Part shown: positions 9,341 through 18,006 of the stretch, piece by piece
Position numbering within the stretch: position 1 is the first letter of the stretch
Layout: every line of letters begins with the position of its first letter
Origin: Acidimicrobiales bacterium
GTDB lineage: Bacteria; Actinomycetota; Acidimicrobiia; Acidimicrobiales; RAAP-2
DNA: 64,000 nt
Reading direction: 5' to 3'
Assembly: GCA_035949055.1 (NCBI GenBank)
Contig: DASZIO010000037.1
Location: forward strand, 44,346-108,345
Program-made: the position numbers and the translations under genes
The notes under the pieces: model-generated
Databases searched by the model: none
The model's input: the letters and a program-made list of their open reading frames with translations, nothing else
Told to the model about the DNA's origin: nothing

Positions 9341-9515
9341 AATGGTTGCCCTTCTTTCCGTAGAGGCTGCGCCTCTGCGTTATCCCTTAACCGTTGCCAG
9401 CCAGGTAACCGACCTGCAACTGCCCTCTCCCATCTTGGCGCGCCATATGGCCATTGGCAACGACCCCATGGGGTCAATTCCCCGGTTACCACTTTGGGTG
9501 ATTCGGAGCGCGCGG

Positions 9516-9539
9516 GGCGCGGTATTCAGCCACCGCGCC
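9516..9539 (-). terminator. GC hairpin downstream of the 109-aa membrane protein gene
   Basis: GGCGCGGT / ACCGCGCC form perfect 8-bp arms with an 8-nt loop, starting 16 nt after the stop at 9555. There is no U tract. Confidence 0.3.
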
Positions 9540-9554
9540 GGGTCGCTGTCCGGG

Positions 9555-9884
9555 CTAGCCCACCACCAACTGCCCGAAGACGGTGCAGAGACCCATCGCC
9601 TCGATGACCAGAAACGCGGCGATCATGGCCACCACCACCGGCACCCGCCACCGCGTCGCCCGCCGGACCATCGGCGTCGGCATGTACCACTCGGGGAGCA
9701 ACCCCGGAGCCCGTCCGAGATAGTCCGCCATCGGCACGGCATCGTCGTCCAGTGGAGCGTCGGGATCACCAGCCAGAGCCAGCTCGGTGAGCTCGACCTC
9801 GGTGAGGGGCGCGCCCGCCGGCCCCGGACGCGACCCACCCGTCGGTGCCCCGACCCCGCCCCGGTCCACTGCACCTTCGTCCAT
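9555..9884 (-). CDS. Small hypothetical protein with a single C-terminal TM helix
   Basis: This is the ATG 9884 subset (109 aa) of a 317-aa ORF whose upstream part is Arg/Gly/Pro-rich. It has an acidic N-terminal half and a C-terminal RWRVPVVVAMIAAFLVIEAMGL TM. Confidence 0.45.
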   Translation of the reverse strand: MDEGAVDRGGVGAPTGGSRPGPAGAPLTEVELTELALAGDPDAPLDDDAVPMADYLGRAPGLLPEWYMPTPMVRRATRWRVPVVVAMIAAFLVIEAMGLCTVFGQLVVG

Positions 9885-10008
9885 ACCGACCTCTCCGGCC
9901 ACTGTCGCAGCCCGCGCCGCACGGCCAGATGGTCGGGCGCGGTACCTCCACCCTAGAGCCGGCGGCGCGGGGAGCGGGGCGCGGGGCGCGGGCGCGTTCT
10001 GCCGGGAT

Positions 10009-10040
10009 GCCCCGGGGGCCTGCGGCCGCGCCCCCGGGGC
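10009..10040 (-). terminator. Strong GC hairpin immediately after the stop of the 179-aa membrane protein gene
   Basis: GCCCCGGGGGC (10009-10019) and GCCCCCGGGGC (10030-10040) are perfect 11-bp inverted repeats with a 10-nt loop, 3 nt downstream of the stop. There is no U tract. Confidence 0.4.
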
Positions 10041-10042
10041 GG

Positions 10043-10582
10043 CTAGAGCAGGTGGACCAGAAGCTCGAACAGGACGATGGCCACCCCGACCCCGACCAGC
10101 CCGCCCACGTAGAGGGCCCGGCGGAGCAGCGTTCGCCCACTGCCGGTGGTGGTGCCGATGCCCACCACGGCCAGGGCCAGAACACCGACGACCTCGGCCA
10201 GTGCGAAGGCCGTCCGGACCGTCCACAGATGGATGCCGGCCAGGGTGAAGATCACCGTGGTCGGTATGGCGGCCGACACGATCGACCACGACCCACGCAG
10301 GTCGTGGACCACGTCGTCCACGTTCAGACGCAGGCCGTGCCACGAGGACAGGGTCACCAGCCGCGACAGGGCGTGGGCCAGCCAGATGGCCACGGCCCCG
10401 ACCACCACCACGCCCGCGGTCGTCAGGGCACCCGGGTTGGTCTCGAAGGTGAGGCCGGCGATGGCCACCAGGGTCGCGATGGTGCCGTAGACGTAGTCGG
10501 CGAGCCACTGCACCGGGCGCGCCCCGTCCCCGGGCCCAAGCGCATCCCCGCCGGCGGCTCCCGCGGCCCGCCCTTCAGCCAC
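10043..10582 (-). CDS. Hypothetical integral membrane protein (about 4-5 TM)
   Basis: The 179-aa ORF has several long hydrophobic stretches. No family was recognised. Confidence 0.5.
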   Translation of the reverse strand: MAEGRAAGAAGGDALGPGDGARPVQWLADYVYGTIATLVAIAGLTFETNPGALTTAGVVVVGAVAIWLAHALSRLVTLSSWHGLRLNVDDVVHDLRGSWSIVSAAIPTTVIFTLAGIHLWTVRTAFALAEVVGVLALAVVGIGTTTGSGRTLLRRALYVGGLVGVGVAIVLFELLVHLL

Positions 10583-10653
10583 GGGGGGGCCCGGGCTTCA
10601 TGGGCCGCAACCGGCTCCTCCCTGATACCGGGTCACCCGGGGTGGCCGTGGCG

Positions 10654-13518
10654 CTAGGAGCACCCGCTGGTGGTGCCGCAACTACCGCACACGTAGCACG
10701 ACCCCGCCCGCTGCATCACGTTGCCGCACTGGTAGCAGTAGGGAGCATCCCGTACTTCGGTCCGTACCTCCGGTACCGGGGCCGCAGTCGCATCGGGCGT
10801 GCCGCTGCCTTCCACGACCGTCGTGATCACCGGGTCGACGGCGTCCACGTCCACCACGCCGACCGACTCGGTGGCCGTCTCCTCCACCCCGGGCAGGGTG
10901 GGCTGCATACGCTCGGACGTCGAGAGGACACCGAGCTCGGCCCGCTCCTCGACGGGGAGATAGTCCACCGCCAGGCGGCGGAAGATGTAGTCCGCCAGGC
11001 TGGTGGCGATGCGCAGCTCGGGGTCGTCGGTGATGCCGGCCGGCTCGAACCGCATGTTGGTGTACTTGCGGACGTAGGTGGCCAGCGGCACGCCGTGCTG
11101 CAGACCGAGGCTCACCGAGATGGAGAAGGCGTCCATGATGCCGGCCAGGGTCGAACCCTGCTTGGACACCTTCATGAACACCTCGCCCGGGCGCCCGTCC
11201 TCGTACTCGCCGACGGTCACATAGCCCTCGCAATCGGCCACCCGGAAGGCGAAGGTCGAAGAGGTCCGCCGCCGGGGGAGGCGCTCGCGGACCGCCCCGA
11301 TCACCACGGGGTCCGAGGCACGGGACTGTTCGTGGGCCAGGGCCGCCTCGAGCCCGGCGATCTTCTCCGCCAGCTCGCGGGCATGCGCCTCCGCCTCGGA
11401 GGCGGCCGGCTCGGCGTCGGCCGGGTCGCCCTCCTTCTTGGTGGTGGAGAGCGGCTGGGCGACCTTGCAATTGTCCCGGTAGATGGCGACCGCCTTGATC
11501 CCCATGCGCCAGGCGTCGATGTGCAGCTGCTCGACGTCCTCCACGGTGACATCCTCGGGGAGGTTGACCGTCTTGGAGATGGCACCGGAGATGAACGGCT
11601 GGACGGCGCCCATCATCCGGACATGACCGAGATAGTGGATGGTGTTGTCACCCATCGAGCAGGCGAAGACGCCGAGGTGCTCGGGGACGAGCTGCGGCGC
11701 GCCGACGATTGTCTTGTGCTCGTCGATGTAGGCGACGATCCTGCCGACCTGGTCGGGCGAGTACCCGAGCCGGGTCAGAGCCCGGGGGACCGTCTGGTTG
11801 ACGATGGACATGGTGCCCCCGCCCACCAGCTTCTTGGTCTTGACCAGCCCGAGATCGGGCTCCACTCCGGTGGTGTCGCAGTCCATGAGCAGCCCGATGG
11901 TGCCGGTCGGGGCGAGCACACTGGCCTGCGAGTTGCGTACGCCGTATTCCTCCCCGAGCTCGACCGCCAGGTCCCAGGCCTCCTGGGCCGCGCACAGCAG
12001 GTCGGTCGGCACCGCCTCCTCGTCGATACCGGCCACCGCGTCACGGTGCATGCGCAGGACCGAGAGCATGGGCTCCACGTTCGCGTGGTAGCCGGCAAAC
12101 GGTCCCATGCGGGCCGCCGTCCGGGCCGAGGTGGCATAGGCATGCCCGGTCATGAGCGCGGTGATGGCCGCCGCCCAGGCCCGGCCCTGATCGGAGTCGT
12201 AGGGAAGCCCTTCGGCCATCAGGAGCGCACCCAGGTTGGCGTACCCGATGCCGAGCTCGCGGAAGCGTCGCGAGTTCTCCGTGATCCGCTCGGTCGGGTA
12301 GTCGGCGTTTCCCACGATGATCTCTTGCGCGGTGAAGACGGCCGAGACCGCGGCCCGGAACCCGTCGACGTCGAAGGAGGAGTCCTCCCCGAGAAACGAC
12401 AGGAGGTTGATACTGGCCAAGTTGCATGCCGAGTTGTCGAGGTGCATGTACTCCGAGCACGGATTCGAGCCGTTGATCCGACCGGTGTTGGAGGCGGTGT
12501 GCCAGCGGTTGACGGTGGTGTCGAACTGCATGCCCGGGTCGGCGCACTCCCATGCGGCGTGGGCGATCTGGCGGAACAGGTCGCGGGCCGGAACCCGGCG
12601 GATGGGTGCACCGTCGACCCGCCCGGTCAAGGTCCAGTCCTGGCCCTCGACCACCGCGTCCATGAATTCGTCGGTGACCCGCACCGAATTGTTGGCGTTC
12701 TGGTACTGCAGGCTTATCGAGTCCTTGCCGTCCAGGTCCATGTCGAAGCCGGCGTCGCGCAGCACGCGTGCCTTGCGCTCCTCGATGGCCTTGCACCAGA
12801 TGAAGTCCTCGATGTCAGGATGGTCGGCGTCGAGGATGACCATCTTGGCCGCACGCCGGGTCTTGCCGCCCGACTTGATGGTCCCGGCCGACGAGTCCGC
12901 TCCCCGCATGAAGCTCACCGGGCCCGACGCCGTGCCGCCTCCCTTCAAGCGCTCGTGCGACGAGCGGATGCGCGAGAGGTTCACGCCCGCCCCCGAGCCA
13001 CCCTTGAAGATGACCCCCTCCTCCGTGTACCAGTTGAGGATGGAGTCCATGGTGTCGTCGACCGCGAGGATGAAGCAGGCCGATCCCTGCTGAGGCACGC
13101 CGGCGACGCCGATGTTGAACCACACCGGGGAGTTGAACGCCGCCATCTGGTGGATGATGAGGTACTTCAGCTCCGCACGGAACGTCTCTGCCTCGTCGTC
13201 GTCGGCGAAGTACCCGTCCTTGATCCCCCATGCGGTCACGGTGTCGACGACGCGATCGGCCACCTGACGCAGCGAGCGCTCCCGCTCGTCGGTGCCGGGA
13301 GTGCCGCGGAAGTACTTCTGAGCGAGGATGTTGGTGGCGTTGAGGCTCCAGGTGTCCGGTACCTCGACGCCCAGCTGCTCGAAGGCCACTGACCCGTCGC
13401 GGAAGTTGGTGATCCGCGCATCGCGCCGCTCCCACGACACCGTGTCGTAGGGGTGGACGCCGGGGTCGGTGAAGTAGCGCCGGAGGCCGATACCGGTTCG
13501 CTGCGGGGCGATGGCCAT
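10654..13518 (-). CDS. nrdJ: Adenosylcobalamin-dependent (class II) ribonucleoside-diphosphate reductase
   Basis: The active-site region is NPCSEYMHLDNSACNLASINL and the C-terminal Cys cluster is CYQCGNVMQRAGSCYVCGSCG. Start is ATG 13518 (MAIAPQRTGIGLRRYFT), preceded by AAGAGGA. Confidence 0.95.
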   Translation of the reverse strand: MAIAPQRTGIGLRRYFTDPGVHPYDTVSWERRDARITNFRDGSVAFEQLGVEVPDTWSLNATNILAQKYFRGTPGTDERERSLRQVADRVVDTVTAWGIKDGYFADDDEAETFRAELKYLIIHQMAAFNSPVWFNIGVAGVPQQGSACFILAVDDTMDSILNWYTEEGVIFKGGSGAGVNLSRIRSSHERLKGGGTASGPVSFMRGADSSAGTIKSGGKTRRAAKMVILDADHPDIEDFIWCKAIEERKARVLRDAGFDMDLDGKDSISLQYQNANNSVRVTDEFMDAVVEGQDWTLTGRVDGAPIRRVPARDLFRQIAHAAWECADPGMQFDTTVNRWHTASNTGRINGSNPCSEYMHLDNSACNLASINLLSFLGEDSSFDVDGFRAAVSAVFTAQEIIVGNADYPTERITENSRRFRELGIGYANLGALLMAEGLPYDSDQGRAWAAAITALMTGHAYATSARTAARMGPFAGYHANVEPMLSVLRMHRDAVAGIDEEAVPTDLLCAAQEAWDLAVELGEEYGVRNSQASVLAPTGTIGLLMDCDTTGVEPDLGLVKTKKLVGGGTMSIVNQTVPRALTRLGYSPDQVGRIVAYIDEHKTIVGAPQLVPEHLGVFACSMGDNTIHYLGHVRMMGAVQPFISGAISKTVNLPEDVTVEDVEQLHIDAWRMGIKAVAIYRDNCKVAQPLSTTKKEGDPADAEPAASEAEAHARELAEKIAGLEAALAHEQSRASDPVVIGAVRERLPRRRTSSTFAFRVADCEGYVTVGEYEDGRPGEVFMKVSKQGSTLAGIMDAFSISVSLGLQHGVPLATYVRKYTNMRFEPAGITDDPELRIATSLADYIFRRLAVDYLPVEERAELGVLSTSERMQPTLPGVEETATESVGVVDVDAVDPVITTVVEGSGTPDATAAPVPEVRTEVRDAPYCYQCGNVMQRAGSCYVCGSCGTTSGCS

Positions 13519-13737
13519 TGGTGTGGTCCTCTTTCTGGGTTGTCGCTCGGGTGGGGGATGGCACCTCGGCGGGAAGGTCGCACTGGACGTGTCCGGGCGA
13601 TGGCGGCTCCACTCGGCGGCAGCCTTCCGGCTGCGACCGGTGACCGCTCGATCATCCGTGACGTCGGTCGGTCCAGGCCCGGAGTGGACGCTACTCCGGC
13701 GAGGCACTCGGTCCGACACCACAGGCCGAGCCTGGGC

Positions 13738-13782
13738 ACAAGATGTAGTGGTAGACCCTCCCCCAAGGCACGAGATAGTGGG
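13738..13782 (-). promoter_or_regulatory. Two tandem NrdR-box-like palindromes upstream of nrdJ
   Basis: The boxes are cacaagatgtagtgg (13738-13752) and cacgagatagtgg (13769-13782). Their starts are 31 bp apart and both resemble the NrdR 16-bp palindrome acaCwAtATaTwGtgt. They lie about 220 nt upstream of the nrdJ ATG. Confidence 0.55.
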
Positions 13783-13850
13783 TCTATTACAGCAGCGTAG
13801 TTACACCCCTGTCAACCAATTTCTGGAGCCCTCCCCGCCCTCGGCGACGT

Positions 13851-13876
13851 CGAACACCCTGCTGGGCGGGTGTTCG
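13851..13876. promoter_or_regulatory. Perfect 9-bp inverted repeat about 100 bp upstream of glpK (candidate operator)
   Basis: CGAACACCC-N8-GGGTGTTCG, read directly from the sequence. Confidence 0.3.
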
Positions 13877-13973
13877 CGAAGAAAGGCGGATGATTGCCGG
13901 CCGCGAGCGCGCCACCGGCGGCCGACCGCCGGGGCCGGGACGGGCGAGACGCCGCGTATGGCAGAGTCCTCGA

Positions 13974-15524
13974 ATGGCCTCCCGCTCGCCTGTGACCATC
14001 GCCGTCGATGCCGGGACGACCGGGGTCAGGGCGCTGGTGGTGGACGATGCCGCCCGGGTCGTCGACGTCGCCTACCGGGAGCTCGGACAGCGCTTCCCCC
14101 GCCCGGGCTGGGTCGAGCACGACGCCGACGAGATCTGGGGGTTGGTCCGTTCGACCCTGGACGAGGTGGTCGGACGGCTCGCCGACGCCGGCCGGGTGGT
14201 CGGGGCCCTCGGCGTCACCAACCAGCGCGAGACCGTGGTGGCCTGGGACCGGGCCACCGGGCGGCCGCTCCACCGGGCCATTGTCTGGCAGGACCGCCGC
14301 ACCGCAAAGGCCTGCCGGGAGCTCATCGAGGCCGGCCTCCTGCCGCTGGTCCGCGACCGCACCGGCCTGGTGCTCGACCCCTACTTCTCGGCCACCAAGA
14401 TGCGGTGGCTCCTCGGCGAGGGCGGACTGGTGGCCGGTCCGGACCTGGCCCTCGGCACTGTCGACTCGTGGGTCCTGTGGAACCTGACTGGGGGCGCCCG
14501 TGGCGGCGTGTTCGCCACCGACACGACCAACGCGGCGCGTACGCTCCTCTTCGACATCGTGGTACGACGATGGTCGGCGGAGCTGTGCGAGATCTTCGGT
14601 GTCCCCCAAGCGGCGCTCGCCGAAGTGCGCCCGTCCTGTGGCCGGTTCGGCCGGGTGACGGAGGAGGTGCTCGGTGCCGGCTCGCCGCTGACGGACGTGC
14701 CCATCGGCGGGATGGCCGGCGACCAGCATGCCGCACTGTTCGGTCAGGCCTGCTTCAGACCCGGCATGACCAAGGTGACCTTCGGTACCGGCAGCTTCGT
14801 GCTCATGAACGCCGGGCCGGTCTGCCCGCCGCCGGTCGACGGCCTCATCACCACTGTGGCTTGGGACCTCGGCGACACCGGGGCGTTTGGCTCGGCCGAC
14901 GGCGACCCGCCGTCTGTCTCCTACGCCCTCGAGGGATCGGTCTTCGCCTCGGGGGCGGGGGTGCAGTGGCTGCGGGACGGGCTCGGCATCATCGACCAGG
15001 CGGCCGACACCGAACCGTTGGCCCGGTCGGTGCCCGGCAGCGACGGAGTGGTGGTGGTCCCCGCCTTTACCGGGCTGGGGAGCCCACACTGGGACCCGGG
15101 GGCCCGGGGCACGATCGTCGGGCTCAGCCGCGGCACCGGGCGGGCCCATCTGGCCCGAGCCATGGTCGAGGCGATGAGCTTCCAGGTGCGGGACGTGGTC
15201 GACGCCATGGCCGCCACCGCGACGGCACCGTCGCTGCTGCGCGTCGACGGCGGGGCCTCGGCCATGGACCTCCTGCTCCAGCTGCTGGCCGACCAGACCC
15301 GCCTGCCGGTGGTCCGCCCGAGATCGGTGGAGACCACTGCAGTCGGGGCCGCCACGCTGGCCGGCCTGGCCGAAGGGATGTGGGGCTCGCTCGAGGACCT
15401 CGAGGCGCGGTGGACCGAGGACGGTGCCTTCACCCCGCTGGCCTCCCCGGCCGAGGCGGAGGCGGCCCACCAGGCGTGGGGGCGGGCCGTGGACCGCTCC
15501 CGCCGCTGGATCAGTTCATCGTGA
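13974..15524 (+). CDS. glpK: Glycerol kinase (FGGY family)
   Basis: Motifs IAVDAGTTGVRALVVD and PRPGWVEHDADEIW are present, and the length and layout are FGGY-like. ATG 13974 was chosen within the ORF that opens at 13890. Confidence 0.9.
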   Translation: MASRSPVTIAVDAGTTGVRALVVDDAARVVDVAYRELGQRFPRPGWVEHDADEIWGLVRSTLDEVVGRLADAGRVVGALGVTNQRETVVAWDRATGRPLHRAIVWQDRRTAKACRELIEAGLLPLVRDRTGLVLDPYFSATKMRWLLGEGGLVAGPDLALGTVDSWVLWNLTGGARGGVFATDTTNAARTLLFDIVVRRWSAELCEIFGVPQAALAEVRPSCGRFGRVTEEVLGAGSPLTDVPIGGMAGDQHAALFGQACFRPGMTKVTFGTGSFVLMNAGPVCPPPVDGLITTVAWDLGDTGAFGSADGDPPSVSYALEGSVFASGAGVQWLRDGLGIIDQAADTEPLARSVPGSDGVVVVPAFTGLGSPHWDPGARGTIVGLSRGTGRAHLARAMVEAMSFQVRDVVDAMAATATAPSLLRVDGGASAMDLLLQLLADQTRLPVVRPRSVETTAVGAATLAGLAEGMWGSLEDLEARWTEDGAFTPLASPAEAEAAHQAWGRAVDRSRRWISSS

Positions 15525-16163
15525 GCCCGGTTCGAGGTCGGGCCATCCGTGGTCGGCGATGTCGGCCATGATCGAGACCCACTGGCGTTCCCGGTCCCGC
15601 AGGACCGGATCGGGTCGGCCCACCACCAGCACCAGGTGGGCGTGGACCATGTGAGCGGTGGTCAGGCCGTCGTCGGGTCTCGGCGGGTCGGGGTATGGGC
15701 CCAGGGCCTGGCGGCCGAGAGCAGCGAGCCGCTCGCGGCCGGGAAGGTCGCCCTCGCCGGTGACCAGTTGGAATCGTTCGGCGTCGAGGACGGCGGCGAA
15801 GTCGGCGGCCAAGCTCACCCGCACCCGCTCGGTCAGCCGGTCCAGCAGTGCCGCGGGCGAGGGCTGGCCGAACAGGTCCGTCACCACATCGAGCAGCTCG
15901 GCATGGCGGTCGGGGAGCTCGCCCTCCACCGGGCGCAGGGACTCGATGGCCACGCCGTCCACCTCGAGGATCTCGTCCCGCATCAGGTCGATGAGCCCGC
16001 CCCCGGCCAGGCTCACGCCGAGCTCGTCCACCACTACCCCTTTCGACCGCTGGAGGATCTCGATGGAGATAACGTCCCCGCCCACCGAGCCGATCCGGCT
16101 GGCCACCGCCCCGAGCGCACCCGGTCGATCCGGCAGGTGCACCCGGATCAGGTAGTTGTGCAC
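15516..16163 (-). CDS. ACT domain-containing protein
   Basis: The N-terminal IRVHLPDRPGALGAVASRIGSVGGDVISIEIL is a typical ACT fold signature. The 3' end overlaps glpK by 9 bp in convergent orientation. Confidence 0.6.
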   Translation of the reverse strand: MHNYLIRVHLPDRPGALGAVASRIGSVGGDVISIEILQRSKGVVVDELGVSLAGGGLIDLMRDEILEVDGVAIESLRPVEGELPDRHAELLDVVTDLFGQPSPAALLDRLTERVRVSLAADFAAVLDAERFQLVTGEGDLPGRERLAALGRQALGPYPDPPRPDDGLTTAHMVHAHLVLVVGRPDPVLRDRERQWVSIMADIADHGWPDLEPGSR

Positions 16164-16222
16164 AGCATCACGCTAGGCGCCGAACGTGTCCGGACTGTTT
16201 CGACATCGTTACGGCAGATGGC

Positions 16223-17029
16223 TCAGGTCCGACGCGGTCGCTGGACATAGTGGTCCACGTACTCCTGGCCGGAGAGCCGGGCGATCTCGGACATCAGGGC
16301 ATCGGTTAGCTCGCGCAGCTCGAGCGGCTCGGCCTGGCCCGTCGGCTGGGCCTCGGCCTCACCAGGCACCCGGCCGGTCCCGGGACTGCCGGTCCGGTCG
16401 TGTCGACCCGGCACGGTCGGGCACCGACCGGTCGTCATCAGCTCGCCCTCGCGCCGGAAGCTGACAGGTGGGCCGAAGCGAATGGTCACGGTGTGAAAGG
16501 GCCGCATCCACCGGCTCCCCGGAGGCTGCACCGCCCTCGTGCCCACAATGCCGACGGGGATGACGGGCACGTCGCAGCCCAGCGACAGCCGGGCCGCGCC
16601 GGTGTGGCCCTTGTGCAGGCGGTGATCGGGTGCTCGGGTCCCCTCGGGGTAGATGCCGAGCAGTTGGCCGGTGTTGAGGACCTGAGTGGCGGTGTCGAGT
16701 GCTCGCTGCGACGCGTCACCGCCACCCCGGTTCATGGGAATCTGCCCGGCCGCCCGGAAGAACCACGCCGTCTTCCAGCTGTCGAAGTACTCCGCCTTCG
16801 CCACATACGTCAACCGGCGGCGGAGCACGAGCGGCAGGAACAAGGAGTCGCAGAACGACTGGTGATTGGCGGCCACAACCGCGGGGCCGTGGGCCGGGAC
16901 GTGCTCCCGCCCCTCGACCCTGACTCGCCACAGCAGGAAGAGGAGGGGGCTAAGCACCACCTTGAAGACCCAGTAGGCCACGGGCAACGGTATCGCCGCA
17001 TGTGCTCTACTGCACCGGTGGTGGAGCAC
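16223..17029 (-). CDS. 1-acyl-sn-glycerol-3-phosphate acyltransferase family (PlsC-like)
   Basis: The HX4D motif is AANHQSFCDS and the EGTR block is IYPEGTRAPD. Start is set at GTG 17029, because the upstream part of the 366-aa ORF has no protein-like features. Confidence 0.8.
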   Translation of the reverse strand: MLHHRCSRAHAAIPLPVAYWVFKVVLSPLLFLLWRVRVEGREHVPAHGPAVVAANHQSFCDSLFLPLVLRRRLTYVAKAEYFDSWKTAWFFRAAGQIPMNRGGGDASQRALDTATQVLNTGQLLGIYPEGTRAPDHRLHKGHTGAARLSLGCDVPVIPVGIVGTRAVQPPGSRWMRPFHTVTIRFGPPVSFRREGELMTTGRCPTVPGRHDRTGSPGTGRVPGEAEAQPTGQAEPLELRELTDALMSEIARLSGQEYVDHYVQRPRRT

Positions 17030-17113
17030 CGACCCCTCCCCCAGACCAATCCCCCGGCTGAGGACGACCGTGCCGGGTCGGGTCCCTGGACGGTCCTCGG
17101 GCGTCGGGTCGCC

Positions 17114-17914
17114 GTGCCGGTCGAGGTCCGACGGGCCGCGCAATGGAGCGTGCAGTACCTGGTACCGCGGACTGCCGCCCAGCGAATCGTCTCCCCCACC
17201 GGGCTCGAGACCACTGGGCCCGTCCCGGGTCGGGCCCTGGTCGCCCTGGCCATATGCCGTTACGACGACACCGACCTCGACCCCTACCACGAGGTAGCGG
17301 TCAGCTTCCTGGTCAGGCCGCACGACTCACCGCCGGGGGCATCCGCCGCCCGGCGGGTACGTGAGCTCGCCACGGGGTCGATCGGCGTCTATATCCACCG
17401 GCTCCCGGTCGACCAGGAGTTCAGCTGCGTGGCGGGCCGCGGCATCTGGGGGTTCCCCAAATGGGTGGCGTCGATCGAGATCGACGAGCCCACCGCCGGG
17501 CGGCCCGGCGCGGGCACAGGGATGTCGGCACGGCTGGTTGACGGGGACACCCATGTCCTCACCCTGTCGGTCGCCGCCGGTGGCCGGCTCCGGCTGCCGT
17601 CGCGGGCCCCGCCGACCTACTCCTTCGCCGACGGGGTCCTCCGCCGCACCACGTGGACCACCGCCGCCGAGGGGGCGGCCGGCCGCATCGGTGGGGCGAC
17701 GCTGACCCTCGGGGACCACCCGATGGCCGCCGAGTTGAGGTCGCTCGGCCTGCCCCGGCGGGCCCACTTCTCGTCGTCGACGGCCCGGATGCGCGCCTCG
17801 TTCGACGCGGCCGAAGTCGTGGGGACCCGACACGGTCAGACTGCGCCGCACTCCGTGCCGATCGGTACGCCGGGGCGCGTCGCCGACCTGGGGTCGCCGG
17901 AAATGGCTGATTGA
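17114..17914 (+). CDS. Acetoacetate decarboxylase-like family protein
   Basis: It corresponds to the C-terminal part of ORF 16400..17914. The motifs YDDTDLDPYHEVAVSFLV and LPVDQEFSCVAGRGIWGFPKWVA are ADC-family-like. The start is uncertain (GTG 17114 or 17150). Confidence 0.55.
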   Translation: MPVEVRRAAQWSVQYLVPRTAAQRIVSPTGLETTGPVPGRALVALAICRYDDTDLDPYHEVAVSFLVRPHDSPPGASAARRVRELATGSIGVYIHRLPVDQEFSCVAGRGIWGFPKWVASIEIDEPTAGRPGAGTGMSARLVDGDTHVLTLSVAAGGRLRLPSRAPPTYSFADGVLRRTTWTTAAEGAAGRIGGATLTLGDHPMAAELRSLGLPRRAHFSSSTARMRASFDAAEVVGTRHGQTAPHSVPIGTPGRVADLGSPEMAD

Positions 17915-18006
17915 CCGGGACGCGTGGCGACCCTAGCGTCTACCCAATGACAAGCCCGGTACCGAGGCCTCCTCCTGCCGGCGGGAACGAGCCGGCGGGG
18001 AGTGAC

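Noticed and set aside
10600-13392. 930-aa ORF on the plus strand
   Set aside because: It is entirely antisense to nrdJ, whose identity is unambiguous. Its composition is low-complexity Gly/Arg/Asp/His.
13519-13737. Possible cobalamin riboswitch in the nrdJ leader
   Set aside because: Read on the minus strand, the leader lacks the B12 box and the GCCACTG core. A B12-repressed riboswitch would also be illogical for a B12-dependent enzyme.
13511-15571. 686-aa plus-strand ORF overlapping glpK in another frame
   Set aside because: The glpK frame carries the FGGY motifs. This frame is Arg/Gly/Pro-rich.
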